Origin: an uncultured bacterium | GTDB taxonomy: Bacteria > Babelota > Babeliae > Babelales > Vermiphilaceae | Length of the DNA: 64,000 nucleotides | Direction of reading: 5' to 3' | NCBI GenBank assembly: GCA_963702025.1 | Contig: OY969699.1 | Span: 128,001 to 192,000 of the forward strand | Shown here: piece after piece, positions 20,051 to 29,611 of the stretch | Layout: the number at the start of each line of letters is the position of its first letter | How positions within the stretch are numbered: position 1 is the first letter of the stretch | Translations under genes and position numbers: made by a program | The notes under the pieces: model-generated | Told to the model about the DNA's origin: nothing | Seen by the model: only the letters and a program-made list of their open reading frames with translations | Databases searched by the model: none

Positions 20051-21193
20051 ATGGATCATGCATATTACATGAAAAAAGTTTTTGAGCTTGCCAAACAAGG
20101 AATCGGGTTAGTGAGCCCTAATCCACTTGTTGGTTCGCTGATCGTTAAAGATAGCCAAATAATTGGTGCAGGATTTCATGAGCGATATGGTCAATTTCAT
20201 GCAGAGTTGAATGCAATTGTATCTGCAAAGCAACCACTAAAAGGTGCAACCCTTTATTGCAATCTTGAGCCCTGTTGCCATACTAATAAGCAAACGCCAC
20301 CGTGCGCGCAACGTATAATTAAAGAAGGCATTTCACGAGTGGTGATTGCCAATAGAGATCCCAATCCAGAAGTAAATGGCGGAGGCATCGCCCTGCTCAA
20401 ACAAATGGGCATAGAAGTGATCGAGAATATTTGCCAGGAGGAAGGGGAATTGCTCAATGAAGTTTTTTTTACTTTTCACCGCAAAAAAAGACCATTTATT
20501 CATCTTAAATATGCACAGACTCTAGATGGTAATATTGCCTGCTCAAGTGGTGATTCAAAGTGGATCACTCATGAAAATGCGCGCAAAAAAGCACATGAGA
20601 TGCGATTAAAATATGATGCAATTTTGATCGGTGCGGGAACTTTAGTTGCCGATAATCCTGCGCTTACTATCCGCTTTATTGAATCAGAAAAAAAATGCCC
20701 GCGGCGCATAGTGCTGGGATCACTGGGATTTATTGAACCACATAATCTCGCAGTCACTGATGAATATCGGCACAAAACAATTTTAGTGACCAGTGACTCT
20801 GATTATTGGTATCATGAAAAAAAAGCTGAAAAATTCCAAAAAGATGGCATTACCATTGTGCGCGTTGATGTTGATAATGGACTTCTTAATTTGTCTCAAG
20901 TTTGCCAAAAAATGGCAGAATTAAAAATCACATCAATACTGGTTGAAGGCGGCAGCAAGATTCTTACCTCTTTTATACTAGAAAAATTATTTGATCGTAT
21001 TTCCATTTTTATTGCGCCCAAAATAATTGGCTCGGGTATAAATGCCATTGATGAGCTTGGCATTCAAAAAATGGCTGATGCATTTACTTTTGAGAAAACA
21101 AGTTTTGAAATTATTGATGATGTAATTCATTTTTCAGGAAAGCCTGCTTACGACCGGCTCGGGATGAGAAACAATGTTCACCGGATTAATTAG
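20051..21193 (+). CDS. ribD: Riboflavin biosynthesis deaminase/reductase RibD
   Basis: SPNPLVG, HAE, LEPCCH...PPC, SKWIT, ILVEGG motifs; start MDHAYYM at 20051. Confidence 0.96.
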   Translation: MDHAYYMKKVFELAKQGIGLVSPNPLVGSLIVKDSQIIGAGFHERYGQFHAELNAIVSAKQPLKGATLYCNLEPCCHTNKQTPPCAQRIIKEGISRVVIANRDPNPEVNGGGIALLKQMGIEVIENICQEEGELLNEVFFTFHRKKRPFIHLKYAQTLDGNIACSSGDSKWITHENARKKAHEMRLKYDAILIGAGTLVADNPALTIRFIESEKKCPRRIVLGSLGFIEPHNLAVTDEYRHKTILVTSDSDYWYHEKKAEKFQKDGITIVRVDVDNGLLNLSQVCQKMAELKITSILVEGGSKILTSFILEKLFDRISIFIAPKIIGSGINAIDELGIQKMADAFTFEKTSFEIIDDVIHFSGKPAYDRLGMRNNVHRIN

Positions 21194-21815
21194 CGAGATT
21201 GGAACCATAACCACTATTTATGCCAATCAGGAAGGCAAAGTTTTCACCATTCATGCGAAAAAAACGGCTCGCGAGCTTGCTTTGGGTGATTCAGTCGCAA
21301 TCAACGGCACGTGCTTAACTGCAATTGATATCAAAGAAGATCAGTTCACATTGCAAGCGGTGCATGTCACCCTGCAAAAAACTAATCTAGGAGCATTAAA
21401 TATCGGATCACCGGTAAATTTGGAATTGGCACTGAAAGCATCCGATAGATTAGGCGGCCATTTTGTGCAAGGGCATGTGAATGGCATAGGCTCAATTAAT
21501 CACATTACCGCTTCCGGTAATAATTATGAGATATTAATTACTATTCCGGAACATTTACAAAAATATATGGTAAATGAAGGCTCTATCACACTAGACGGCA
21601 TTAGTCTAACTATTGCCAACGTAACTGAGCTGGGGATCATGGTATCAATTATTCCGCATACCTGGCAAGCAACAACACTTAACACAAAAAAAATTGGCGA
21701 CCCGTTAAACATCGAAGTTGATATTATTGCAAAATATGTGGAGCAATTTATCCGAAAGGGGGAAGTAAAAAATTCTGTGATTAATCGTGATTGGTTGCAG
21801 ATGCATGGATTTTGA
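21174..21815 (+). CDS. ribE: Riboflavin synthase alpha chain
   Basis: MFTGLI N-terminus, GDSVAINGTCLT, RLGGHFVQGHV. Confidence 0.97.
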   Translation: MFTGLISEIGTITTIYANQEGKVFTIHAKKTARELALGDSVAINGTCLTAIDIKEDQFTLQAVHVTLQKTNLGALNIGSPVNLELALKASDRLGGHFVQGHVNGIGSINHITASGNNYEILITIPEHLQKYMVNEGSITLDGISLTIANVTELGIMVSIIPHTWQATTLNTKKIGDPLNIEVDIIAKYVEQFIRKGEVKNSVINRDWLQMHGF

Positions 21816-21895
21816 ATGCTTCGGCTCAGCATGAACGGACCTTCTTTTAGTTCGTTTCAAGTAAGCGCGAAGTGAGAATCGAGAAAGGAAAAGAG

Positions 21896-23098
21896 ATGAT
21901 GAAGCTAAATACCATTGAAGAAGCACTGGCCGATCTTGCGCGAGGCAAAATGGTCATCGTGGTTGATGATGAAAAAAGAGAAAATGAAGGGGATATTGTT
22001 ATTGGCGCGCAGTCGGTGACTCCGGAAATAATTAATACCATGATAAAAATGAGCAGCGGATTAATTTGTGTGCCACTTGCGCAAGAAATTGCTCAAAAAA
22101 TTGGATTAGAGCTCATGGTGCACCATAATACTGCTCATTTTGGGGTAAATTTCTCTATTTCCATCGATGCGGCTCAAGGAATCACTACCGGAGCATCTGC
22201 AGCAGATAAAGTAGTTACTATTAAAGCAATGACACATCCGGATGTATCTGCCAAAGATTTTGTGCGGCCCGGCCATATTTTCCCCCTCATTGCAAAAAAA
22301 GGCGGCGTGCTCAAACGTGCAGGGCACACCGAGGCTGCAGTAGATTTAGCACGCTTGGCGGGACTCATGCCGATTGCAGTAATTTCAGAAATTACCAATG
22401 AGGATGGGAGCATGGCGCGATTGCCACAACTTTTTCAAATCGCTCAAAAAATGGATCTAAAAGTTGTAAGTATTGAAGATCTTATTAACTATCGCCATCG
22501 CAAAGAACAAATAATTTACGAAACCACCCAAGTTTCTTTACCAACCAATCAGGGAAATTTTACCCTTCATATGTTTGAGAATACCATTGATGAACCGGTC
22601 TGCTTCGCATTAACAAAAGGAACGCTCACCACCGGTCCGGTGCTTACTCGAATTCATTCAGAATGTTTTACCGGCGATGTTTTTGGATCTCTTCGCTGCG
22701 ATTGTGGCAATCAACTTGAAATGGCAATGGGATTATTAGAACAAGAAAAATCGGGAGTTCTCATTTATTTAAAACAAGAGGGCAGAGGGATTGGTTTATT
22801 AAATAAGATTAAAGCGTATAAAATTCAGGAACAAGGCTTTGATACGGTTGAAGCAAATCATCAATTAGGATTTACCAATGATTTGCGCAATTATGCGATG
22901 GCTTCACACGTTTTGCGTTATTTGCAAATTAAAAGTGTAAAACTGCTCACTAATAATCCGCATAAAATGAGCAATTTAGAATCATATGGTATTCACGTTA
23001 CAGATCGAGTGCCTCTTGAAGGTGCAGTGCAAAAAAATAATTATGACTATTTAAAAGCAAAAAAACAGAAAATGGGCCATATTTTAACTAATGTTTAG
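21896..23098 (+). CDS. ribBA: Bifunctional DHBP synthase / GTP cyclohydrolase II
   Basis: [54 protein letters not shown]; start MMKLNT at 21896. Confidence 0.97.
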   Translation: MMKLNTIEEALADLARGKMVIVVDDEKRENEGDIVIGAQSVTPEIINTMIKMSSGLICVPLAQEIAQKIGLELMVHHNTAHFGVNFSISIDAAQGITTGASAADKVVTIKAMTHPDVSAKDFVRPGHIFPLIAKKGGVLKRAGHTEAAVDLARLAGLMPIAVISEITNEDGSMARLPQLFQIAQKMDLKVVSIEDLINYRHRKEQIIYETTQVSLPTNQGNFTLHMFENTIDEPVCFALTKGTLTTGPVLTRIHSECFTGDVFGSLRCDCGNQLEMAMGLLEQEKSGVLIYLKQEGRGIGLLNKIKAYKIQEQGFDTVEANHQLGFTNDLRNYAMASHVLRYLQIKSVKLLTNNPHKMSNLESYGIHVTDRVPLEGAVQKNNYDYLKAKKQKMGHILTNV

Positions 23099-23106
23099 GA
23101 AAAATT

Positions 23107-23634
23107 ATGTCACACGTAATTAGTGCACAATTAGTTGCGCATAAAAAAAAAGTAGCTATTGTTGTAAGCCGTTTTAATGATTTTGTAACAGTAAAACTTT
23201 TGGATGGGGCAAAAGACGGTTTATTGCGCCATGGCATAACAGAGCAAGAGATCACTATCGCTTGGGTGCCCGGTGCATTTGAACTCCCTTTGATTGCCCA
23301 GAAACTTGCTGAAACAAAACAGTTTGATTCAGTAATTTGTTTAGGCGCGGTAATTCGCGGAAGCACGCCACATTTTGATTATGTTGCTGGGGAAGCGGCC
23401 AAAGGTATTGCCAATGTTGGTTTAAAATATGGAATACCGGTTATTTTTGGCGTAATTACTACCAATACCGTTGAACAAGCAATAGAGCGTGCCGGAATTC
23501 GCGTTGGCAATAAAGGATGGGAAGCCGCTATTGCTGCTATTGAAATGATGAATGTGGTTGAAGAAATTGAACAAGTTTCTTTACTGTCGGAACCATTTGC
23601 AACTAATCAGCGAACTGTTCAAAAACAATTGTAA
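23107..23634 (+). CDS. ribH: 6,7-dimethyl-8-ribityllumazine synthase
   Basis: [38 protein letters not shown]. Confidence 0.97.
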   Translation: MSHVISAQLVAHKKKVAIVVSRFNDFVTVKLLDGAKDGLLRHGITEQEITIAWVPGAFELPLIAQKLAETKQFDSVICLGAVIRGSTPHFDYVAGEAAKGIANVGLKYGIPVIFGVITTNTVEQAIERAGIRVGNKGWEAAIAAIEMMNVVEEIEQVSLLSEPFATNQRTVQKQL

Positions 23635-23644
23635 GAACAAACTC

Positions 23645-24304
23645 ATGTACTCAGCACTTATTTTTGATCTTGATGGCACAATCATTAATACAGAAAATAT
23701 GTGGGCAGACGCCACCAAACAAATGCTAACTATGCGGGGAATTAATTATACAAACGAGCTGCGGCATAACATTCACAATAAAGTGCATGGGTTGCCCCCA
23801 ATAACAGCATGCGCTCTGCTAAAAGAGATGTTGGCCTTACCCGAATCTCCCGAAGAGCTTGCCAAAGAAAAAGCAGAGCAGGCGTATAAGTTGTTTGTAG
23901 GGAATATTCATTTAATTTCCGGTTTTACCGAATGTTATAAACAAGCTCAACAGCTGCAGTTTAAAATGGCCATAGCAACTAATTGCCATTTACGCTTTGT
24001 GGAACTTGCCGATAGTCAAGTTCAATTACGCTCATATTTTAATGAACATATTTACTGTCCTGATCATGTTAATGATATTTCAAAACCGGATCCAACACTC
24101 TATCTGCATGCAGCGCAACAGTTAGAGGTAAATCCCGCACAGTGCATTGCTATCGAAGATTCAGCGGCAGGTATACAAGCAGCGAAAAAAGCCGGCATGT
24201 ATTGCATCGGCATTAATACCGCACAGAATCGTATGAATCTTGCGGATGCCGATGAAATTGTTGAAAATTATGCGGAGATACATTTACAGAAGTTTTTAAT
24301 TTGA
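23645..24304 (+). CDS. HAD-superfamily phosphatase (candidate ARPP/FMN phosphatase of the rib operon)
   Basis: IFDLDGT, IATN, SKPDP, IEDSAAG motifs; 10 nt downstream of ribH. Confidence 0.85.
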   Translation: MYSALIFDLDGTIINTENMWADATKQMLTMRGINYTNELRHNIHNKVHGLPPITACALLKEMLALPESPEELAKEKAEQAYKLFVGNIHLISGFTECYKQAQQLQFKMAIATNCHLRFVELADSQVQLRSYFNEHIYCPDHVNDISKPDPTLYLHAAQQLEVNPAQCIAIEDSAAGIQAAKKAGMYCIGINTAQNRMNLADADEIVENYAEIHLQKFLI

Positions 24305-24450
24305 AGACAGCTTCTAATACTTCCAGAAATAAAAAAAATTTATTGTATGCTAATCATATTGTTGATTCTTACGAGCAAATAAGTATGCAAAACCACTCTG
24401 AAATTAATTTTTTCGATTTATGGATTGACATTATGAGAAAATCATAGTTA

Positions 24451-25407
24451 TAGCAAACTTCTTTAAATAACAAACAGATATGCTAAGATTTCTTCAAACT
24501 TAAGGAGAAAGTATGGCACTTGGCATAGATTTAAGAAAACGAGTAATAGCTGCAGTAGATGATGGAATGCGTATAACTGATGTGGCTAAATTATTCAAAG
24601 TTGGGCGAAACGCAATTTATAACTGGCTTAAGTTGCGCCAAGAAGTGAATAGCCTTGCGCCAAAATCCGGCTATCAGAATGGACACAGTCATAAAATTAC
24701 TGATTGGGAAAAATTTAAAGAATTTGCAAAAGAAAACCAACATTTTACTTCATTAAAAATGGCGATTGAGTGGGAAAAAATTACAAATGTTTGCATATCG
24801 GATATCACGATACAACGAGCACTTAAAAAAATTGGTTACACATCAAAAAAAAACTTTTGGTTACATCGAAGCGAATGCAGATAAACGCAAACAATTTTTA
24901 GAAGAAATAGAAAATATCGATCCTGCGCTCATTGTCTATTCTGATGAAACGGGAATCGACGATAATGAAGTGCCAAATGCTGGCTGGGCGCCAGAGGGCG
25001 AGCGATGCCACGCAATAAAAAAAGCTGAGAGAATAACGCGCTATAATATCACCGCTGCGCTGAATTTAAATTTATTATTTGCGCCATTTTTATTTGAAGG
25101 ATATTCAACTGCTGATACTTATGAAACTTACGTGGAACAAGTTTTAGCTCCTGCATTAAAGCCTGGAATGGTTGTTGTAATCGATAATGCCAGCTTCCAC
25201 AAATCTAAAAAAGTAGTTGAACTCATTGAAGCAGTTGGTTGTAGAATCATTTTTTTACCACCATATTCTCCAGATTTTAACCCAATAGAACATCGATGGG
25301 CTACTGTCAAAAATGCGATTCGAAAGGCCGCAGAGGGAATAAAAGATTTTTATGAGGCCGCAGTCAAAACATTGGGAGAAATGTGTGAGGCCTAGTGAAG
25401 CTCGCTA
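24451..25407 (+). mobile_element. IS630-family insertion sequence
   Basis: Terminal IRs TAGCaaaCTTC / GAAGctcGCTA flanked by TA dinucleotides (24449-50, 25408-09); HTH ORF plus DDE ORF (DETG, IDNASFH, LPPYSPDFNPIE). Confidence 0.93.
24513..25395 (+). CDS. IS630 transposase in two overlapping frames (24513-24884 HTH; DDE frame to 25395) joined at an A9 tract
   Basis: ORF track; frames overlap at tcAAAAAAAAActttt (24845-24853). Confidence 0.85.
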
Positions 25408-25603
25408 TAGGTTAATTTTATAAATTTAATAAAGGAGTTGCAACGTGAAAAAAATAATGATATCACTCACTCACTAGTGGTATCCTTTCTGATTGTTTTT
25501 CTTTCTTTGTGTTCACATCTGCATTCAAAAATAATGATTTTATAAATCCAACAAACAACTAATAACTATTTAAATAACAATAACCCTTTTTTAAAGGAGA
25601 GGT

Positions 25604-27130
25604 ATGCTAAAAATACCAATACCAAAAAAAATATGCCTTAGCTTGGCGCTTTTGCTTTCAAGCGCTTTAGCTCTGGCCGATTATTGTCCGGATTACGAGT
25701 GCTGCGCACCAGACGAAATTCAATGCCCGAGCAACATTGTTCACCCCAAAACATTTTTCAGTCCACGCCAAATCACCTTTGATGCAACATACGAGCTTGC
25801 GCTTACCAACTATGATGTTTACCATCCCTTAGATTGTGGTGAATGCGGTTATGGATTGCATCTTTATGCAACGCCTTTTTATGAGCAATCAAAAAAATCA
25901 TGTCGCCTTGCTCGTTATTTCTTGCCGGATGGCAAATGCGCAATTAACGTGAAACAAGATGGCACCGGTGACGTTGATCCATTATGGCTCGGTTTGGTGG
26001 GAGTTCCGGGAAGTCCGTACAGTTCAATTTTTGGTCTAAAGCCACAACGCAAAGCATACGGCGCTGTTTTTAATGCACGTATTGATTTAGGCGCTTGGTC
26101 GGATTGCCTGTGCAATTATTGGATTTGGATCAATACTGCAGTTGTGCAGGCCAAACACAATATGCATGTGTGTGAAGTTCCGGCAACCCAAGATACGTGT
26201 GTTGCTGGTGCTGACATGTGTACGGCACTTAATAACCCTTCCTGGACCGCAGGAAAAATTGCTTGTGAATCAAGAAAAAGAACGGGCCTTGACGATATAC
26301 AAATAAAACTTGGTTACGATTGGTATTATTGCGGATGCGATCAAGATAGCCACATTGCTCCCTACCTTATTGGCGGAATTCCGACCGGAAAACGACCAAA
26401 ATCAGAATATTTATTTGAACCGTTAGTTGGCAGCAAGCATGGTAGCTTTGGCGCCGGTCTGAATGCTGACGCAAACATTTGGGCATGCAATGATGCATCA
26501 ATTGTTTGGATGATGGATTTTAAATATCGGTATATTTTCAAAGCCCGTGAACGGCGCTCATTTGATCTATGCGCCAATGGAGATTGGTCACGGTATTTAT
26601 TGCTGGCAAGTAGCACCGATCCAATAACACCGATTCCGGCGATTAATATTCTCACTACTGAGGTGCATGTTACGCCACGCAGCGAAGTAAACTTCTGGAC
26701 CGCGTTACATTACGCATACTGCAATTATGGCTTTGAATTTGGCTACAATCTCTGGTACCGTCAACGTGAAAAAGTACGATTAGATGTCCCTCCTGCAATT
26801 GCCAATCTGGGAATTTATGATCTTGCCGGTGCAGCAGTACTTAATCCCGTTTCAGCAAGCACGGCAAATATTTCCCAATCAATCGGTGGCAGCAATCCGG
26901 TGGTCAGCGATCCAACGTTTGTAACACTTACTCTGGCAAATCTCAATCTGGAATCCGCGGAACATCCCCGCGCGGTAACGCACAAAGTTTATGCGGGCGG
27001 AGATTATCGCTGCTGCTGGTGCCAAAACGAAGTATTGCTCGGCCTGGTTGGATCCTATGAATTTACCGGCACTAAGCGCACTGCGCTGCAACAATGGGCA
27101 ATCTTTGGAAAATTGGGCATTTCTTTTTAA
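25604..27130 (+). CDS. Large Cys-rich outer-membrane beta-barrel-like protein, family B copy 1
   Basis: Signal peptide ending ALA, many Cys, GLDDIQIKLGY strand motif, C-terminal KLGISF. Confidence 0.7.
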   Translation: MLKIPIPKKICLSLALLLSSALALADYCPDYECCAPDEIQCPSNIVHPKTFFSPRQITFDATYELALTNYDVYHPLDCGECGYGLHLYATPFYEQSKKSCRLARYFLPDGKCAINVKQDGTGDVDPLWLGLVGVPGSPYSSIFGLKPQRKAYGAVFNARIDLGAWSDCLCNYWIWINTAVVQAKHNMHVCEVPATQDTCVAGADMCTALNNPSWTAGKIACESRKRTGLDDIQIKLGYDWYYCGCDQDSHIAPYLIGGIPTGKRPKSEYLFEPLVGSKHGSFGAGLNADANIWACNDASIVWMMDFKYRYIFKARERRSFDLCANGDWSRYLLLASSTDPITPIPAINILTTEVHVTPRSEVNFWTALHYAYCNYGFEFGYNLWYRQREKVRLDVPPAIANLGIYDLAGAAVLNPVSASTANISQSIGGSNPVVSDPTFVTLTLANLNLESAEHPRAVTHKVYAGGDYRCCWCQNEVLLGLVGSYEFTGTKRTALQQWAIFGKLGISF

Positions 27131-27148
27131 CCTGAAAAGGACTGAGAT

Positions 27149-29479
27149 ATGAGCATACTTAATCGAAGGGCATTTACATTTCTATTTATTTTAGCGACAG
27201 GGCTTGATTTAATTACCGCAAAAATAGAAGCAGTGTCACCATGTTTTGGAAATCTATATGATGTAATTATCGTTGGTGCAGGGAATGCTGGATCTGTACT
27301 TGCAAATCGTTTAACGGAAGATCCTACTGTCAATGTGCTTGTTATTGAAGCCGGCCGTGACGACACTCGAAAAGCTCCGCTCCTTCCTATTGATTTGCCT
27401 AATCCTATGCCAAATAAGGCAAATAATTTGTGGTCAAGTTTACCGCGTTTCGGGGCTGCCCTTTATGGCGCTAACATAGCGCAAGCTTTTGATGGTTGGC
27501 AATTTACTCCACTGCTTCGCGATGATCCAACCAGTAGATATATTTTTTACCCGCGGGGATCCTCATGGGGCGGATGTACAATACATAATGCAGATATTGC
27601 GCTGCGCGGGCATTTTTACGTTTACGATGAATGGGATGCTCTCGTGGGCAATCCTGGCATATGGACCTACGATGATCTGATTCCCTATTTTCAAAAACTG
27701 GAAAACCGTGGCCAGCACCGTGCTCCTTTTGATGCATTGAATCCTGGCGGTCTTTATTTCAATCCTGCGCAGCCGCCCAATACCCTTGGTGACTTTGATC
27801 CGGCTACTCAAGGGATTGGAGGACCCGTATCATTACTTTGGTTCACTTTCACCATTGATCCATTGTCTACCGCTTTACAACAGTCATTAGCTTTAAATAC
27901 CTATCCTGGATCTCCAATACCTATTAATGTGGATCCTGATAACCAAACCAATACACAATGGATGACAGGAGCCCCATTTACCTTTTATGATCAGTACGGT
28001 TCAGATTTTTCATCGCTCAACCCATATAACTCATATTTGGCATTTCCCCCAGGGTTTGGTCCGCTTACTGGTTCCATTCCGCGTCTCCAGCGTGTGCATG
28101 CAGCTGCTTCATATTTATATCCTATTCTTCCGGGTGGTGCAACGCCGCGCTCTAATCTCACTATTATTTCCGAAGCATTGGTTACTAAGATTATTTTTGA
28201 TGAGCAAAACAGAGCGATTGGTGTCCAGTATCTAGAAAGTAATACGGGAACGCCAACGGGCACATGGAATGTTTATCAAACCGGCCGACAAATGAATACC
28301 TCTCGCGCGGGTGTCGGTGGCACTCCACCAGATGCAACAGCAAATGCAGCAGTTGCATTAAAAGCAGGACCAAAAATTGCCCGCGCAACAAAAGAGGTAA
28401 TTCTGTGCGGTGGAACATTTAATTCTCCCCAAATATTATTACTTTCTGGTGTTGGCCCTGCGGCTGATTTAGAAGCTTTAGGAATTCCCGTTGTTGCAGA
28501 TTTGCCTGGGGTAGGACAACATCTTATCGATCACCCGGGGATAGATATTGTGTGGAATCATAATACCCCTTATGATTCTCTTGCCGATGTTAATCTTGGT
28601 CAATTACCACTCATTCTTAATTATTTTCTTGATTTTAAATCAACCGCTGCGCAGCCATTTGGTGACTTTGTTGCCGATTTCTACCCAGGGGGAGTAACTT
28701 CATCATGGAGTGGAATAAGTGACTTTATGGATACTTTTTCCCCAACACTTTCCCCGAATTCAGCTCCTGGAAATGCGCGGTATGATGGTCCACCGCAATT
28801 TATTTATCCATGGGTATTTAGTAATGAAGATGGCACTAACTCAAATCAACGGTATGATCCGCCACTGCTTGCAACTATTAATGCCGCCATTCTTTTAGAA
28901 ATGAGGGGCAATATTCAATCGACCGGTTTCTTACAATTGCAAAGTGCTGATCCTACCGTTCAGCCGTATATTGTAATGAATTACTTGTTAGAACCTGCAG
29001 ATATGCAAGCCTATATCAATGCCTTTACTGGTACTATTGCTCCATTGGTACAAAATCTTGGCGCTCTCACACCAAGCTACTTTAGCTCATGGGTTGCACC
29101 GGGAACTGCTGATTTCTTAACCCCCGCTACAGATACAACATTGAATGCGGATCTTTCTAATTTCAATCAACCGGCATTTGAATCATGGCTATTAGACCAC
29201 GTTTGGGGTCATCATGCTTCAGGAACGTGCAAGATGGGGCTTTTGTCTTCAGATCCAATGGCAGTTGTCGATGCGGATTTACATGTTTACGGTGTGCAAC
29301 GGGTGCGGGTAGTTGATTGCTCCGTATTCCCTGTTATGCCTACAGCAAATACTCAAATACCTGCCTATGTATTAGCTGAACGCGCTGCAGATCTCATTAA
29401 AGCAGATTTACCATCAATTGTTCCAATAACATCTGTTAATCCTTTGGTTGATGCTCTTATAGCTACTTACGGTAGTTGA
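27149..29479 (+). CDS. Exported GMC-family FAD oxidoreductase 1
   Basis: IIVGAGNAGSVLANRL (GxGxxG), PRGSSWGG, GVGQHLIDH, HHASGTCKMG, VVDADLHVYG, NTQIP; N-terminal NRRAF signal. Confidence 0.92.
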   Translation: MSILNRRAFTFLFILATGLDLITAKIEAVSPCFGNLYDVIIVGAGNAGSVLANRLTEDPTVNVLVIEAGRDDTRKAPLLPIDLPNPMPNKANNLWSSLPRFGAALYGANIAQAFDGWQFTPLLRDDPTSRYIFYPRGSSWGGCTIHNADIALRGHFYVYDEWDALVGNPGIWTYDDLIPYFQKLENRGQHRAPFDALNPGGLYFNPAQPPNTLGDFDPATQGIGGPVSLLWFTFTIDPLSTALQQSLALNTYPGSPIPINVDPDNQTNTQWMTGAPFTFYDQYGSDFSSLNPYNSYLAFPPGFGPLTGSIPRLQRVHAAASYLYPILPGGATPRSNLTIISEALVTKIIFDEQNRAIGVQYLESNTGTPTGTWNVYQTGRQMNTSRAGVGGTPPDATANAAVALKAGPKIARATKEVILCGGTFNSPQILLLSGVGPAADLEALGIPVVADLPGVGQHLIDHPGIDIVWNHNTPYDSLADVNLGQLPLILNYFLDFKSTAAQPFGDFVADFYPGGVTSSWSGISDFMDTFSPTLSPNSAPGNARYDGPPQFIYPWVFSNEDGTNSNQRYDPPLLATINAAILLEMRGNIQSTGFLQLQSADPTVQPYIVMNYLLEPADMQAYINAFTGTIAPLVQNLGALTPSYFSSWVAPGTADFLTPATDTTLNADLSNFNQPAFESWLLDHVWGHHASGTCKMGLLSSDPMAVVDADLHVYGVQRVRVVDCSVFPVMPTANTQIPAYVLAERAADLIKADLPSIVPITSVNPLVDALIATYGS

Positions 29480-29611
29480 AATATTTTCATAGTAAAAAAG
29501 AAGGCCTTACCTTGCAAATCGCAAGGCCTTCTTTTTTATTATGACACACGTTTACAGAATAAATTTTCTTAGTAGCCAGAGAACAATATTAGTTTTAAAA
29601 AAGGATAAGAT

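Larger units (their letters stand above)
16924..20701 (+). repeat. Tandem duplication unit 2 (3778 bp)
   Basis: See unit 1; continues into intact ribD. Confidence 0.95.
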
